From assembly GCA_030612025.1 (NCBI GenBank), contig JAUWOR010000004.1, forward strand, positions 1 to 64,000: DNA of 64,000 bases, written 5' to 3'. The position numbers and the translations under genes were made by a program. A model generated the notes under the pieces. That model was not told the DNA's origin, ran no database searches, and worked only from the letters and a program-made list of their open reading frames with translations. Shown in pieces: positions 1 to 9,657 of the stretch. Origin of the DNA: Dehalococcoidia bacterium (GTDB lineage Bacteria > Chloroflexota > Dehalococcoidia > GIF9 > AB-539-J10). The stretch's first letter is position 1. Each line of letters begins with the position of its first letter.

Positions 1-175
1 TGGACCCCTCCACAAAAGCTATTTCATAGTTATCCTCCCTTTCTGTTTTAGCCTCCCTAAAATTGACGATATCTACGTGGTTCAGTAGCTCCACTAATTC
101 AGTGTCAAAGTTGAGAACCTCAAGCTGGCAGCCTTCACAACCAGTAAAATCGAAAAAACCTAACTTTGGTTTCAT
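1..175 (-). CDS. hydD: [NiFe]-hydrogenase group 3b small (delta) subunit, N-terminal part; runs off the window
   Basis: Manual translation from ATG 175: MKPKLGFFDFTGCEGCQLEVLN...IAFVEGS, with the CxxC and VEGS small-subunit motifs; directly follows the gamma subunit stop. Confidence 0.85.
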   Translation of the reverse strand, partial: MKPKLGFFDFTGCEGCQLEVLNFDTELVELLNHVDIVNFREAKTEREDNYEIAFVEGS

Positions 176-1015
176 CTAGATCGCCTCCCTTAATTTCTTG
201 ACCTCAGCATAGGTGAAGACCGGTCCCTCTTGACAGACATATACGCCATTGATCTGGCAATGCCCACATTTACCTATGCCACACTTCATCCTTCTCTCCA
301 GAGACATTATTATTCTTTCATCAGGGATGCCTTTTTTGTGGCATTCAGCCACCACAAACTTGTACATCACTGGCGGCCCTACTACGACGGCGAATATCTT
401 TTCGGGGTCTATATGAACTTCGGAAGAGAGGGTAGTTACTACTCCCACATGTCCAGTCCATTCTTCATCGCCTTCATCCACTGTTTCCAAAAGCTCCATG
501 TCTTCTCTTCTATGCCATTTATCCAGCTCGTTGACGAACATGCGCTCCCTCGGATTCCTGCAGCCCGACAGGATGATAAGCCGGCCAAATTCACTTCTTT
601 TGTCTAGAATGTAATTGATTAGAGAGCGTAGAGGAAATAGACCAATGCCTCCAGCTACTATCACGATGTCTTTACCCTTAAGATTATCTACAGGGAAGCC
701 ATTGCCGAAAGGTCCTCTAATACCCACCGTTGCTCCTATATCCAGGTTATGTAGGGCATTGGTTACATTGCCGACGTTTCGTACTGCTAGCTCAAAACTG
801 CCTTTCTTTGTTGGCGAGGATGAAATTGATATAGGGGCTTCGCCAATACCAAAAATGGAAAGCTCGACGAACTGACCGGGCTTATGACCCAATTCCTTGC
901 CATCCTTCAGCCTGAATTCAAACACTTTCTCCCTCTCAGCTATAGGCTCGACTCTTATTAGTTCAGCAAGGTGTGGCAGATAGATAGATGCCTGTGGAAC
1001 TGCTTGACTAATCAT
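176..1015 (-). CDS. hydG: Sulfhydrogenase-type gamma subunit (FAD/NAD-binding, 2Fe-2S; AsrB-like)
   Basis: PGQF, RGPFGNGF, AGGIGL, ERRMKCGIGKCGHC and CxEGPVF motifs. Confidence 0.85.
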   Translation of the reverse strand: MISQAVPQASIYLPHLAELIRVEPIAEREKVFEFRLKDGKELGHKPGQFVELSIFGIGEAPISISSSPTKKGSFELAVRNVGNVTNALHNLDIGATVGIRGPFGNGFPVDNLKGKDIVIVAGGIGLFPLRSLINYILDKRSEFGRLIILSGCRNPRERMFVNELDKWHRREDMELLETVDEGDEEWTGHVGVVTTLSSEVHIDPEKIFAVVVGPPVMYKFVVAECHKKGIPDERIIMSLERRMKCGIGKCGHCQINGVYVCQEGPVFTYAEVKKLREAI

Positions 1016-1016
1016 A

Positions 1017-2051
1017 TTACTTACTCTCCTCCTTTAATCTATTAAAAGTCTCAGCCGGGCTGGCGATCTCGGCAAGACAGGCGGAAGCACACCTTCCACA
1101 GCCAACACAGCCTAGCTTTCCATACCTTTCCCAGATATATTTTCCTTTGCGGTACATACGGTGTCGGAATCGACTTTCTTTGTCTCCTCTGAAATTTCCT
1201 CCTCCGGCTACCGCGGCAAAGTCAGCTAGCATGCAACCATCCCACTGGCGATACCTCTCACCTTCTTTGAGATTAAGGGCGACATCATCCTGAACATCAA
1301 AACAAAAACAGGTTGGGCATACCACGATGCAGGAGCCACAACTGAGACACCTCTCACTTTTCTCTTTCCACCAGGGGCTATCCCAGGATTTGTCTAGCAG
1401 TTGTGGCAACTCTTCAGGCGAAATATTAAGGGTTACTTTGTATCGGGCGAGCGCTTTTTGCCGCTCGCTGTTGCGCTGTGCTAATTCTGCTTGAGTTGCC
1501 TCTCTTGTTTCAGCATATTTCGTAAGTAGCTGTTCTCCCTTGCTGCTGCCAATAGCTACCACATAGCTATCGCCGATGTCGGTTAGCATTAGATCAAAGC
1601 CAGTCTCGGTGGTAGCTGTGCCCAGGCTAGGGCAGAAAGCATTGGGATTGGGGTTTAAGCAATCAACACCGATTATCACAGCCTTTTCTCTCTTGGAAAG
1701 ATAGTTGATATCTGGGTTAGTAGTTGAAAATGCTACATCCAGAAGTTCAATAGCTTTAATATCGTAAGGGTGGACACCGAAAAGAATTAGCGGCTTAGCC
1801 TCAACAACTGGCTTAACTTCAGGTTCTTTACCTAATTCAAACTTAATAAGCGTCTCTTTTGGGGGGAAGAGATACATTTTTGGTGGCAATAGCGTGGTAT
1901 CATAATCAAGACACAACTCACCAGTTTCAATGAGCTTGTCAAAAGCATACTTGCCATCTTTCCTTTTTGGCCCTATTACTTCAGCCTCCGCATTGATGAG
2001 ATTGTCAACAAACGGCGCCATGTTTTGTTTTTCTATGATTTTATTTTCCAT
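1017..2051 (-). CDS. hydB: Sulfhydrogenase-type beta subunit (4Fe-4S dicluster; AsrA-like)
   Basis: CLSCGSCIVVCPTCFC and CVGCGRCASAC motifs; operon with hypA, hypB, gamma and delta. Confidence 0.85.
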   Translation of the reverse strand: MENKIIEKQNMAPFVDNLINAEAEVIGPKRKDGKYAFDKLIETGELCLDYDTTLLPPKMYLFPPKETLIKFELGKEPEVKPVVEAKPLILFGVHPYDIKAIELLDVAFSTTNPDINYLSKREKAVIIGVDCLNPNPNAFCPSLGTATTETGFDLMLTDIGDSYVVAIGSSKGEQLLTKYAETREATQAELAQRNSERQKALARYKVTLNISPEELPQLLDKSWDSPWWKEKSERCLSCGSCIVVCPTCFCFDVQDDVALNLKEGERYRQWDGCMLADFAAVAGGGNFRGDKESRFRHRMYRKGKYIWERYGKLGCVGCGRCASACLAEIASPAETFNRLKEESK

Positions 2052-2741
2052 TTACCCTCCTTTGTTTATGATTTTGCGGGCATTGGTTTCCACCTCGTTC
2101 AATAACCATGAGCACCAATTTTCTATTCCCATGCCAGTCTTACAAGAAAGCTCGAAGAATTTGACCTTTGCATTTAGCCCTTCAGCAGCGTGCCGAAAGG
2201 CAAGAATATCGAAATCAAGATAGGGGAGAAGATCTAGTTTATTTATTATCACGGCATCGGCATCAGCAAAAATCATGGGATATTTAGTGGGTTTGTCATC
2301 ACCTTCAGGCAAACTGGAGATCACTACTCTTCTATGTTCCCCGAGGATGAATTCAGAGGGGCAGATAAGATTGCCCACATTTTCAATGAGAAGCAAATCT
2401 ATGTCCTCTAGCGGCAAACTCTTGAGAGCGCGGCTAATCATATTAGCAATTAGGGTGCAATTCTCTGACATATTTCTTGTGGTTATCTGGACAACTGCTA
2501 CTGCCTCGTTTTTAACCCTTTCCGCATCCAGAGTTGAGGCCACATCGCCTTCGACAACTGCAATTCTTAGTTTATTCTTCAGCTTAGCCAGGGTTTGCAG
2601 AATAAGGCTTGTTTTGCCGGCACCTGGAGCTGACATAATATTAATAGCAAAAACTTTGTGCTTGTCCAGAAGACGCTGGTTTTGAGAGGCTATAGACTCG
2701 TTGGCCTCCAGAATGTTTTGTATAACTTCTATTTTCCTCAT
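2052..2741 (-). CDS. hypB: Hydrogenase nickel-incorporation GTPase HypB
   Basis: APGAGKT P-loop, EGD, ENVGNLICP, EGDDKPTKYP, NKLDL. Confidence 0.93.
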   Translation of the reverse strand: MRKIEVIQNILEANESIASQNQRLLDKHKVFAINIMSAPGAGKTSLILQTLAKLKNKLRIAVVEGDVASTLDAERVKNEAVAVVQITTRNMSENCTLIANMISRALKSLPLEDIDLLLIENVGNLICPSEFILGEHRRVVISSLPEGDDKPTKYPMIFADADAVIINKLDLLPYLDFDILAFRHAAEGLNAKVKFFELSCKTGMGIENWCSWLLNEVETNARKIINKGG

Positions 2742-3079
2742 TCCACCTCTATGCTTTCTATATATAGCTCACGCCCTCCAGCTATTTCCACACTCTGGCT
2801 TTGGCATTTAGGGCAGGTCCATATGGTGTCTTGAGGGCAAAAAACAGTGGAGCAACTTCGGCAGCGAAATTGAGCTGGTGCCGATTCAAAGTGAAGAACT
2901 GCTCCTTCAGCAATGCTATCCTTGCTGAGGAAATCAAAATAAAATTCAATACAATCAGGCACGAAACCTGACAACTCGCCAATAACTAAGTTGATTTTAG
3001 TAACCTTGCTAGCTTGCGCCTCTTTAGCTTTATCTAAGGCAATATTGACAATACTTTCCGTTATCCCCAGCTCATGCAT
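2738..3079 (-). CDS. hypA: Hydrogenase nickel metallochaperone HypA
   Basis: MHE N-terminus, two CxxC, GRELYIESIEVE C-terminus. Confidence 0.95.
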   Translation of the reverse strand: MHELGITESIVNIALDKAKEAQASKVTKINLVIGELSGFVPDCIEFYFDFLSKDSIAEGAVLHFESAPAQFRCRSCSTVFCPQDTIWTCPKCQSQSVEIAGGRELYIESIEVE

Positions 3080-3161
3080 TTCATACGATTGTCAAACAGC
3101 GTGGTATTATAGCTTACTTTAACCTCAAAATCTAGCTATTGATAAAGAAGCAGCAATTGGC

Positions 3162-4505
3162 TTACAGAATAGGCAAATATCTCTTAAGCTCGTAGTCAGT
3201 TACTTGGGTGCGGTAGTCGTCCCAATCTACCTTTTTGTTGTGGATAAAGGTATTAAAAACATGTTCCCCTAAAGCCTTTTTCACTAATTCGCTACCCTCA
3301 GTAAGTTTTATAGCTTCATATAAGCTGCCGGGAAGTGTACCTATCCCCCCCTCTTGCCGCTCTTGCTCAGTCATTTCAAAAACATTCTTTTCCACAGGTG
3401 GTGGCGGTTCATATTCCTTCTCAATTCCTTCCAACCCAGCAGCCAGCATGACACTAAAAGCTAAGTAGGGGTTGCAAGCGGGGTCGGGAGACCTGAATTC
3501 AATTCTGGTAGCGCTCTCTTTCCCTGGTTGATATTCGGGTATTCGGATTAAATCAGCTCGGTTTCTCCGTGCCCATGTAATGTATACCGGTGCTTCATAG
3601 CCTGGAAGGAGGCGTTTATAAGAATTCACCCACTGGTTAGTAACAGAGGTGATCGCAGGTGCATGTTTTAATAAACCAGCGACAAAATGTTTGGCTATCT
3701 GGGATAGATGATGAGGATCATTATTATCAAAGAAGGCATTTCTATCACCTTTGAATAGCGACATGTGCACATGCATCCCACTACCATTTACACCAAACAC
3801 TGGCTTGGGCATAAAGGTGGCAAAAACACCATGATTTTGAGCTACTTGTTTGACTACCAACTTATAGGTCATCACACTGTCAGCCATAGTCAAGGCATCG
3901 GTGTAACGTAAGTCTATTTCATGTTGGCTGGGAGCAACTTCGTGGTGGCTATATTCCACACCGATACCCATTTCCTCCAAGGTTAGAATCGTTTCTCTCC
4001 TGAGGTCGCTGGCTATGTCTGGGGGGGTCATATCAAAATATCCCCCTTCATCTAAAGGCTGAGTTTCCCTAGAGTCCTTGAAGTAAAAATACTCTAGCTC
4101 TGGTCCCACGTGGAAGGTATAGCCCATATCAGCAGCTCTCTTTAAGTTTCTTTTCAGCACGTACCTTGGGTCGCCTTCAAAAGATTGCCCGCCAGGCCAG
4201 TAAATATCGCAAAACATCTTGGCTACGCCTTGATGTTCCCTTGGACGCAAAGGAAGGATTTGGAAAGTGATTGGATCAGGTAGGGCAATCATGTCGCTCT
4301 CATCAATACGAGCAAAGCCTTGAATAGATGAACCATCGAAGCCCAGCCCTCTTTCTAGAGCGCCTTCCAATTCCTCCACAGTGATGGCAACGCTTTTCAA
4401 GAAACCCAGAATGTCAGTGAACCAAAGGTTGATAAATTTGATATCTTGTTCCTTAGTTATTTTAAGGATATGTTCCTTAGTCTCGATTCGCTCCTTGATA
4501 GTCAT
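3162..4505 (-). CDS. glnA: Glutamine synthetase type I
   Basis: FDGSSI, HHEVAPSQHEI, TFMPKP, NGSGMH, RIEFRSPDP. Start moved to ATG 4505, which follows an AGGAGG RBS. Confidence 0.95.
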   Translation of the reverse strand: MTIKERIETKEHILKITKEQDIKFINLWFTDILGFLKSVAITVEELEGALERGLGFDGSSIQGFARIDESDMIALPDPITFQILPLRPREHQGVAKMFCDIYWPGGQSFEGDPRYVLKRNLKRAADMGYTFHVGPELEYFYFKDSRETQPLDEGGYFDMTPPDIASDLRRETILTLEEMGIGVEYSHHEVAPSQHEIDLRYTDALTMADSVMTYKLVVKQVAQNHGVFATFMPKPVFGVNGSGMHVHMSLFKGDRNAFFDNNDPHHLSQIAKHFVAGLLKHAPAITSVTNQWVNSYKRLLPGYEAPVYITWARRNRADLIRIPEYQPGKESATRIEFRSPDPACNPYLAFSVMLAAGLEGIEKEYEPPPPVEKNVFEMTEQERQEGGIGTLPGSLYEAIKLTEGSELVKKALGEHVFNTFIHNKKVDWDDYRTQVTDYELKRYLPIL

Positions 4506-4707
4506 CAATCCTCCTATTCTTCGGAATAACCTGCTGCTATCAAACCACAAATTAGAGCTAAAATCAACAAGACCATCGCCATCCACGTTGTTCAAATGTT
4601 AAAGCTAAGCAAGCCTCTACGTTCATAGTATTACACCTGTGCGTAAAATCGTGAGAGGCATTACCATAGAGGTTCTTTGAAGAGAAGTTCAAGGTAACAG
4701 TAAACTG

Positions 4708-4729
4708 TTGCCAAAATCGATTTTGGCAA
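4708..4729. promoter_or_regulatory. Perfect 22-bp palindrome TTGCCAAAATCGATTTTGGCAA; possible operator or terminator
   Basis: Seen directly in the gdh-glnA intergenic region; function inferred only. Confidence 0.35.
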
Positions 4730-4838
4730 GAGACTAATGGACTACTACTGGATTAAAGGATGGGTAAGCCCTCCGTCTAAGAATGTTTACTTAGGCGTTT
4801 AAGGAAATGAGAGTAATTAAGCCTTTCATTAGTATTTG

Positions 4839-6085
4839 CTATACCCATCCCCGAAGCTTAATAGCTTCAGCTACTTTGCTTACTGCCCCATATAGGCGGC
4901 TGTCCTATTATCAACGCCTTCCTTTTTCGCCAGCCCATATACATCATAGAGTGCCTTGGTCATCTTTTTGTCCAATTTCTCATATACCTCTTCCTCTGGC
5001 CAGTAGTATCCATAGTTATTCTGAACCCACTCGAAATAAGAAACTGTTACTCCGCCAGCATTGCAAAGAAAATCTGGAATCTGGAAAACGCCTTTCTTAG
5101 ACAGGATTTCATCTGCTTCCAGCGTTACCGGGCCATTAGCAGCTTCAGCAACTACCTTGGCATTTACATTGCTAGCATTTCCTCTAGTTATCTGATTTTC
5201 CAAAGCCGCCGGTATCAAGAAATCACACTCAAGGCTTAAAAGCTCCTCATTTATTATCTGCTTTGTCCCCGGAAAATCAATAACTGAGCCTGTTTTATCC
5301 TTGTGCTCCTTTACAGCCTTGTAATCTAAGCCCTCCTCATTCAAGATACCGCCCTTAGAATCGGAGACCGCGATAACACTACATCCTTTCTTTGTGAGTA
5401 GACTGGGAAGATTGTATCCAGCATTCCCATACCCCTGAATAACTACGGTAGCACCTTTGAGATCAATGCCTACAATCTTTGCCGCTTCCCTTATGGTGTA
5501 GACCACGCCCATGGCAGTAGCGTCTCCTCTACCAAGAGAGCCTCCCAAGGGAATAGGTTTTCCCGTAATCACGCCTGGTACGTTATAGCCTGTTATTTTA
5601 CTGTATTCGTCCATCATCCAGGCCATAATCTGTGGATTTGTGTAAACGTCTGGTGCTGGTATATCCTTCTCGGGACCAATGAAACTACATATTTGATCTA
5701 TATATCCCCTTGATAACCTTTCGATTTCTCTTTGAGACATTTCCTTTGTGTCGCAAATAACCCCTCCCTTTGCACCTCCGTATGGGATGTCAACTACGGC
5801 ACACTTCCAGGTCATCCATGCTGCCAAGGCACGAACAGTGTCTATGGTCTCTTCCGGATGAAATCTTATTCCCCCTTTCATCGGTCCTCTGGCATTGTTG
5901 TATTGAACCCTGAACCCCTTGAATATTTTTGTGCTGCCATTGTCCATCTTCACAGGTATGGATACCCACAATTCCCGCATCGGCTCTCTAAGAAATAAAT
6001 GTATCTGTGGATCTAAATTTAATTTCTTCGCTGCTTTATCCAATTGCGCTTGGGCTATTTTGAATGGATTTAATTCTTCTGTCAT
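4839..6085 (-). pseudogene. gdhA: Glutamate dehydrogenase with a 1-nt frameshift near the 3' end (may be a sequencing error)
   Basis: [39 protein letters not shown]. The frame stops at AAYMGQ* (4880), while the expected tail [15 protein letters not shown] continues in another frame to 4839. Confidence 0.8.
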
Positions 6086-6156
6086 TCTCCAACTCCGTTT
6101 TATGAAATTTTTAAATAAACCCCCATTATATAGCACCAACTCAAAAAAGGAAAAAT

Positions 6157-7536
6157 GCGAATTAAATCACCTAAAATAGAACCGAAGGAGGAGTTATTAA
6201 ATCATATAAAATCTAACCGAAGGTACTTAAAATGTGGTCTGGTTAATGCTCTAAAGGAGGTTAAGCCAGGCTATGGAGAGAATGGATATGCACTCAAGGA
6301 ATGAATATCTGAAAGTAATAAGGAAGAGTTACATCAAGGCAGGGAGCAGAAAGGGGAAGACACAAATCCTGGATGAATATTGTCGTAATACGGGTCAGAC
6401 GAGGAAATATGTCATCACGAAGATACATAAGGCAGAATTAAGGCCCAAGCAGAGGAAGAAGAGGAAAGAGACATACGGTGGCCAGGTCAGAGCAGCCCTG
6501 GCCAGGATATGGGAAATCTTTGACTATCCTTGTGGTCAGAGGCTCAAGCCTCTTCTTGAGACGGAATTGGATAGATTAAGATATCTCGGTGAGATTGAAG
6601 TGCCAGACAATATAGCTTTGAAGCTGAGTATGATAAGCTCTGCCACAATTGACAGGAAGCTTAAGCATCAAAGGGAATTTTTACACCTTTCAAGGGCAAA
6701 AGGTGGCCCTAAACCAGGCTATATTTTAAGGCAGAAGATTCCTATAAAGCTTACCGAGTGGGATACCTCCATAGTGGGTTACTCGGAAATAGACCTGGTC
6801 GTGCATTGTGGCTCTTCTACCCTTGGGGAATATGTGAATACATTGAGCACGACGGAGATATCCTCTGGATGGTGGGAGGGAGAGGCAATCATGGGCAAAT
6901 CTCAAGAGTATAGTTTCGGGGCATTGAAACAGATAAGGAAGAGGATCCCCTTTGACTGGAAAGGCATAGATTCTGACAATGGATCCGAATTCATCAATCA
7001 GATTTTGTACAAGTATTGTCAGAAAGAAAAGCTGGGATTTACCAGGTCAAGGCCAAACAGGAAGAATGATAATGCCTACATTGAACAGAAGAACTGGACT
7101 TATGTGAGGAAGATATTTGGCTACCTGAGATACGATACTTATGAAGAGTTAGCTATCATGAATGACCTTTATCATAATGAACTAAGGCTATACAAAAACT
7201 TCTTCCAGCCGGTGATGAAGCTGAAAAGCAAGGAAAAGGTGGGTGGCAAGGTAAAAAGGAAGTACGAAGATTCGAAGACACCATATCAGAGACTGATGGA
7301 ATCGGGCCAAATTCGAGATGAGGTAAGAGATGAACTCAAGGATATCTACCTCAGCTTAAATCCCGCCGCGCTCAAGAGAAATATCGATGCTAAATTAGCC
7401 AGGCTGTATAAAGCTTACGCCATGAAAGGAAAAACCCGACAGGTTAACCCATACAAAAAGTTATCGCCTCATTCGGTACGATCTTATGTGATTCAACAAC
7501 CTGCAGTTGGGTTAGCTAGTTAAATGATTTGACACG
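6157..7536 (+). mobile_element. Insertion sequence with an rve-type DDE transposase and paired subterminal repeats; ends approximate
   Basis: Two AATCA...TAA...ACCGAA motifs at 6161-6222 and two inverted copies at 7472-7533 bracket the transposase. Confidence 0.7.
6273..7523 (+). CDS. DDE/integrase-core transposase (ISNCY-like)
   Basis: EIDLVVHCG, DSDNGSEF, SRPNRKNDNAYIEQKN (DDE triad), KTPYQRL. Confidence 0.9.
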   Translation: MERMDMHSRNEYLKVIRKSYIKAGSRKGKTQILDEYCRNTGQTRKYVITKIHKAELRPKQRKKRKETYGGQVRAALARIWEIFDYPCGQRLKPLLETELDRLRYLGEIEVPDNIALKLSMISSATIDRKLKHQREFLHLSRAKGGPKPGYILRQKIPIKLTEWDTSIVGYSEIDLVVHCGSSTLGEYVNTLSTTEISSGWWEGEAIMGKSQEYSFGALKQIRKRIPFDWKGIDSDNGSEFINQILYKYCQKEKLGFTRSRPNRKNDNAYIEQKNWTYVRKIFGYLRYDTYEELAIMNDLYHNELRLYKNFFQPVMKLKSKEKVGGKVKRKYEDSKTPYQRLMESGQIRDEVRDELKDIYLSLNPAALKRNIDAKLARLYKAYAMKGKTRQVNPYKKLSPHSVRSYVIQQPAVGLAS

Positions 7537-7550
7537 TAATGAGTTTTTCC

Positions 7551-8321
7551 TTACGTCTTTACTGATATACCTCTTTCCTTCAGATATTGCTTCGCTTGGG
7601 ATATTGAAATCTCCCCGAAGTGAAAGATGGAAGCAGCTAAAACTGCCGATGCCTTCCCTATTGCTACAGCTTCATAAAGGTGCTCTAGCTTACCAGCACC
7701 ACCTGAAGCTATTACCGGTATGGTAACAGCTTCAGCCACAGCTTTAGTCATCTCTAAATCGTAGCCTTCCTTAGTGCCGTCAGCGTCCTTGCTGGTAAGC
7801 AGGATTTCACCTGCTCCTAGCTCCTCCACCTTCTTTGCCCACTCAACAATGTTCATTCCTGTGGCCTCGCTACCACTTTTGACTACTACCTCCAGTCGAG
7901 GGAGATCACTCCCCAGTGGATTTTTCCTCCCATCAATAGCAACCACTAATCTATCCTTGCTAAACTCCTTTGTTGCTTTGCTTATAAGCTTAGGATTCCT
8001 CACAGCAGCGGTATTTATCGAGACTCTGTCTACGCCCAGATTGAACAAGACTTTAATATCCTCGATATTTCTAATCCCACCTCCTACGGCAAAAGGGATA
8101 GTAACCTTTTCCGCTACCTTCTTGACCCATTCCAGCCTTGTCCCTCTATTCTCTACGGTAGCGGTGATATCGAGGAAGACTAGCTCGTCGGCGCCTTCTC
8201 GACAATAAGCCTCTGCTGCCTCCACTGGGTCTCGGGCATCCCTGAGGCTTTCAAACTTCACCCCTTTAACCACTCGCCCATCTTTGACATCAAGGCAGGG
8301 TATAATTCTTATCCCTTCCAA
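7551..8321 (-). CDS. hisF: Imidazole glycerol phosphate synthase cyclase subunit
   Basis: RIIPCLDVKDGRVVKG, GADELVFLDI, GAGEILLTS, IASGGAG, ASIFHFG. Confidence 0.95.
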   Translation of the reverse strand: MEGIRIIPCLDVKDGRVVKGVKFESLRDARDPVEAAEAYCREGADELVFLDITATVENRGTRLEWVKKVAEKVTIPFAVGGGIRNIEDIKVLFNLGVDRVSINTAAVRNPKLISKATKEFSKDRLVVAIDGRKNPLGSDLPRLEVVVKSGSEATGMNIVEWAKKVEELGAGEILLTSKDADGTKEGYDLEMTKAVAEAVTIPVIASGGAGKLEHLYEAVAIGKASAVLAASIFHFGEISISQAKQYLKERGISVKT

Positions 8322-8357
8322 CTAAATCCTCTTCTTAAACAATGCATTTTTATGTAA

Positions 8358-9638
8358 TTACGGGTATATTCCCCTAGTGGACATAGCAGATACCACTTGC
8401 CTTACTGCTAACATATAGGCGGCAGTTCGCATATCTGTTTTTTCAGCCTGGCTAGTTTCCAATACTTTTGTAAAGGCGTTAGTCATTATTCTCGTTAGCC
8501 TATCGTTTATTTCCTCCTCCTCCCAGAAGAAAGATTCTATGTTCTGTACCCACTCAAAGTAGGATACTATCACCCCTCCTATATTGGCCAATATATCGGG
8601 AATAACAAATACCCCGTTATCGTGAAGAATCTTAGCTGCTTCAGGGGTAGTTGGCCCATTGGCGCCTTCCACAACGATTTTCGCTTTTACCTGTGCTGCG
8701 TTGGCTGTAGTTATTTGATTTCCTAGAGCTGCTGGTACTAGGATGTCACACGGTAGCGCCAATAGCTCAGCATTGGCAAGCTTGGCGTTGCCATTACCCA
8801 TAGCTTCACCACCCTTGAAACCGATTACAAATCCCCCACCTGCTCCGTTTCTGTAATTGAGCAAGGCCTCTATGTCTAGGCCTTTCGAGTTATAAACGCC
8901 GCCTTTGACATCGGTTACTGCTATGACTCGGCAGCCTTCTCTGGCTAGCCACCTGGCTGCTGCGGAGCCTACATTACCAAAACCTTGGACCGCTACTGTA
9001 GCCCCCTCGAGGCTCATGTGTTTTTGCTTGGCTGCGAGTTTGGCAATCACCGTGCAACCACGGCCGGTGGCCTCAAACCTTCCCTTGCTACCACCTATGC
9101 TGATAGGCTTACCTGTGACCACTGCTGGAACAGAATAACCTTTCGCCATGCTATAGGTATCCATAATCCATGCCATAATTTGAGGACTTGTGCCTACATC
9201 AGGAGCTGGGATATCGCTTTCAGGACCTATTAAGATCGAGATCTCCGTGGTATAACGCCGAGTTAATCTCTCCAGCTCAGTTCGAGACATGAGCTCTGGA
9301 TTACAGATAACAGCTCCCTTGGCACCACCGTAGGGTATATTGGCGACCGCGGCCTTCAGTGTCATTCGGGCTGCTAAAGCTCTAGTCTCATCCAGAGTAA
9401 CATCGGGGTGATAGCGAATTCCACCCTTGGCCGGCCCACGGGTATCATTATGCTGAACTCTGAAACCAGTGAAAATTTTTACTGTCCCAGCGTCCATTTT
9501 TACGGGAAAATTAACTATTAATTCGCGCTCACATTTTCCTAGCCGCAAACGATACGCATCCTTGACATTTAGCCGTTCACAGGCGGCATTAATTTGACTC
9601 ACCACCGTTTCGAAAAGATTGTTTTTTGCAGTGCTCAT
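8358..9638 (-). CDS. gdhA: Glu/Leu/Phe/Val-family dehydrogenase, likely glutamate dehydrogenase; second, intact copy
   Basis: KGGIRYHP, PYGGAKG, PAPDVGT, QGFGNVG, EGANGP, VSYFEW. Confidence 0.9.
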   Translation of the reverse strand: MSTAKNNLFETVVSQINAACERLNVKDAYRLRLGKCERELIVNFPVKMDAGTVKIFTGFRVQHNDTRGPAKGGIRYHPDVTLDETRALAARMTLKAAVANIPYGGAKGAVICNPELMSRTELERLTRRYTTEISILIGPESDIPAPDVGTSPQIMAWIMDTYSMAKGYSVPAVVTGKPISIGGSKGRFEATGRGCTVIAKLAAKQKHMSLEGATVAVQGFGNVGSAAARWLAREGCRVIAVTDVKGGVYNSKGLDIEALLNYRNGAGGGFVIGFKGGEAMGNGNAKLANAELLALPCDILVPAALGNQITTANAAQVKAKIVVEGANGPTTPEAAKILHDNGVFVIPDILANIGGVIVSYFEWVQNIESFFWEEEEINDRLTRIMTNAFTKVLETSQAEKTDMRTAAYMLAVRQVVSAMSTRGIYP

Positions 9639-9657
9639 AATAGCCTCCTCCTTTAGT

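Noticed and set aside
4506-4700. Glutamine riboswitch before glnA
   Set aside because: I could not find the conserved motif by eye.
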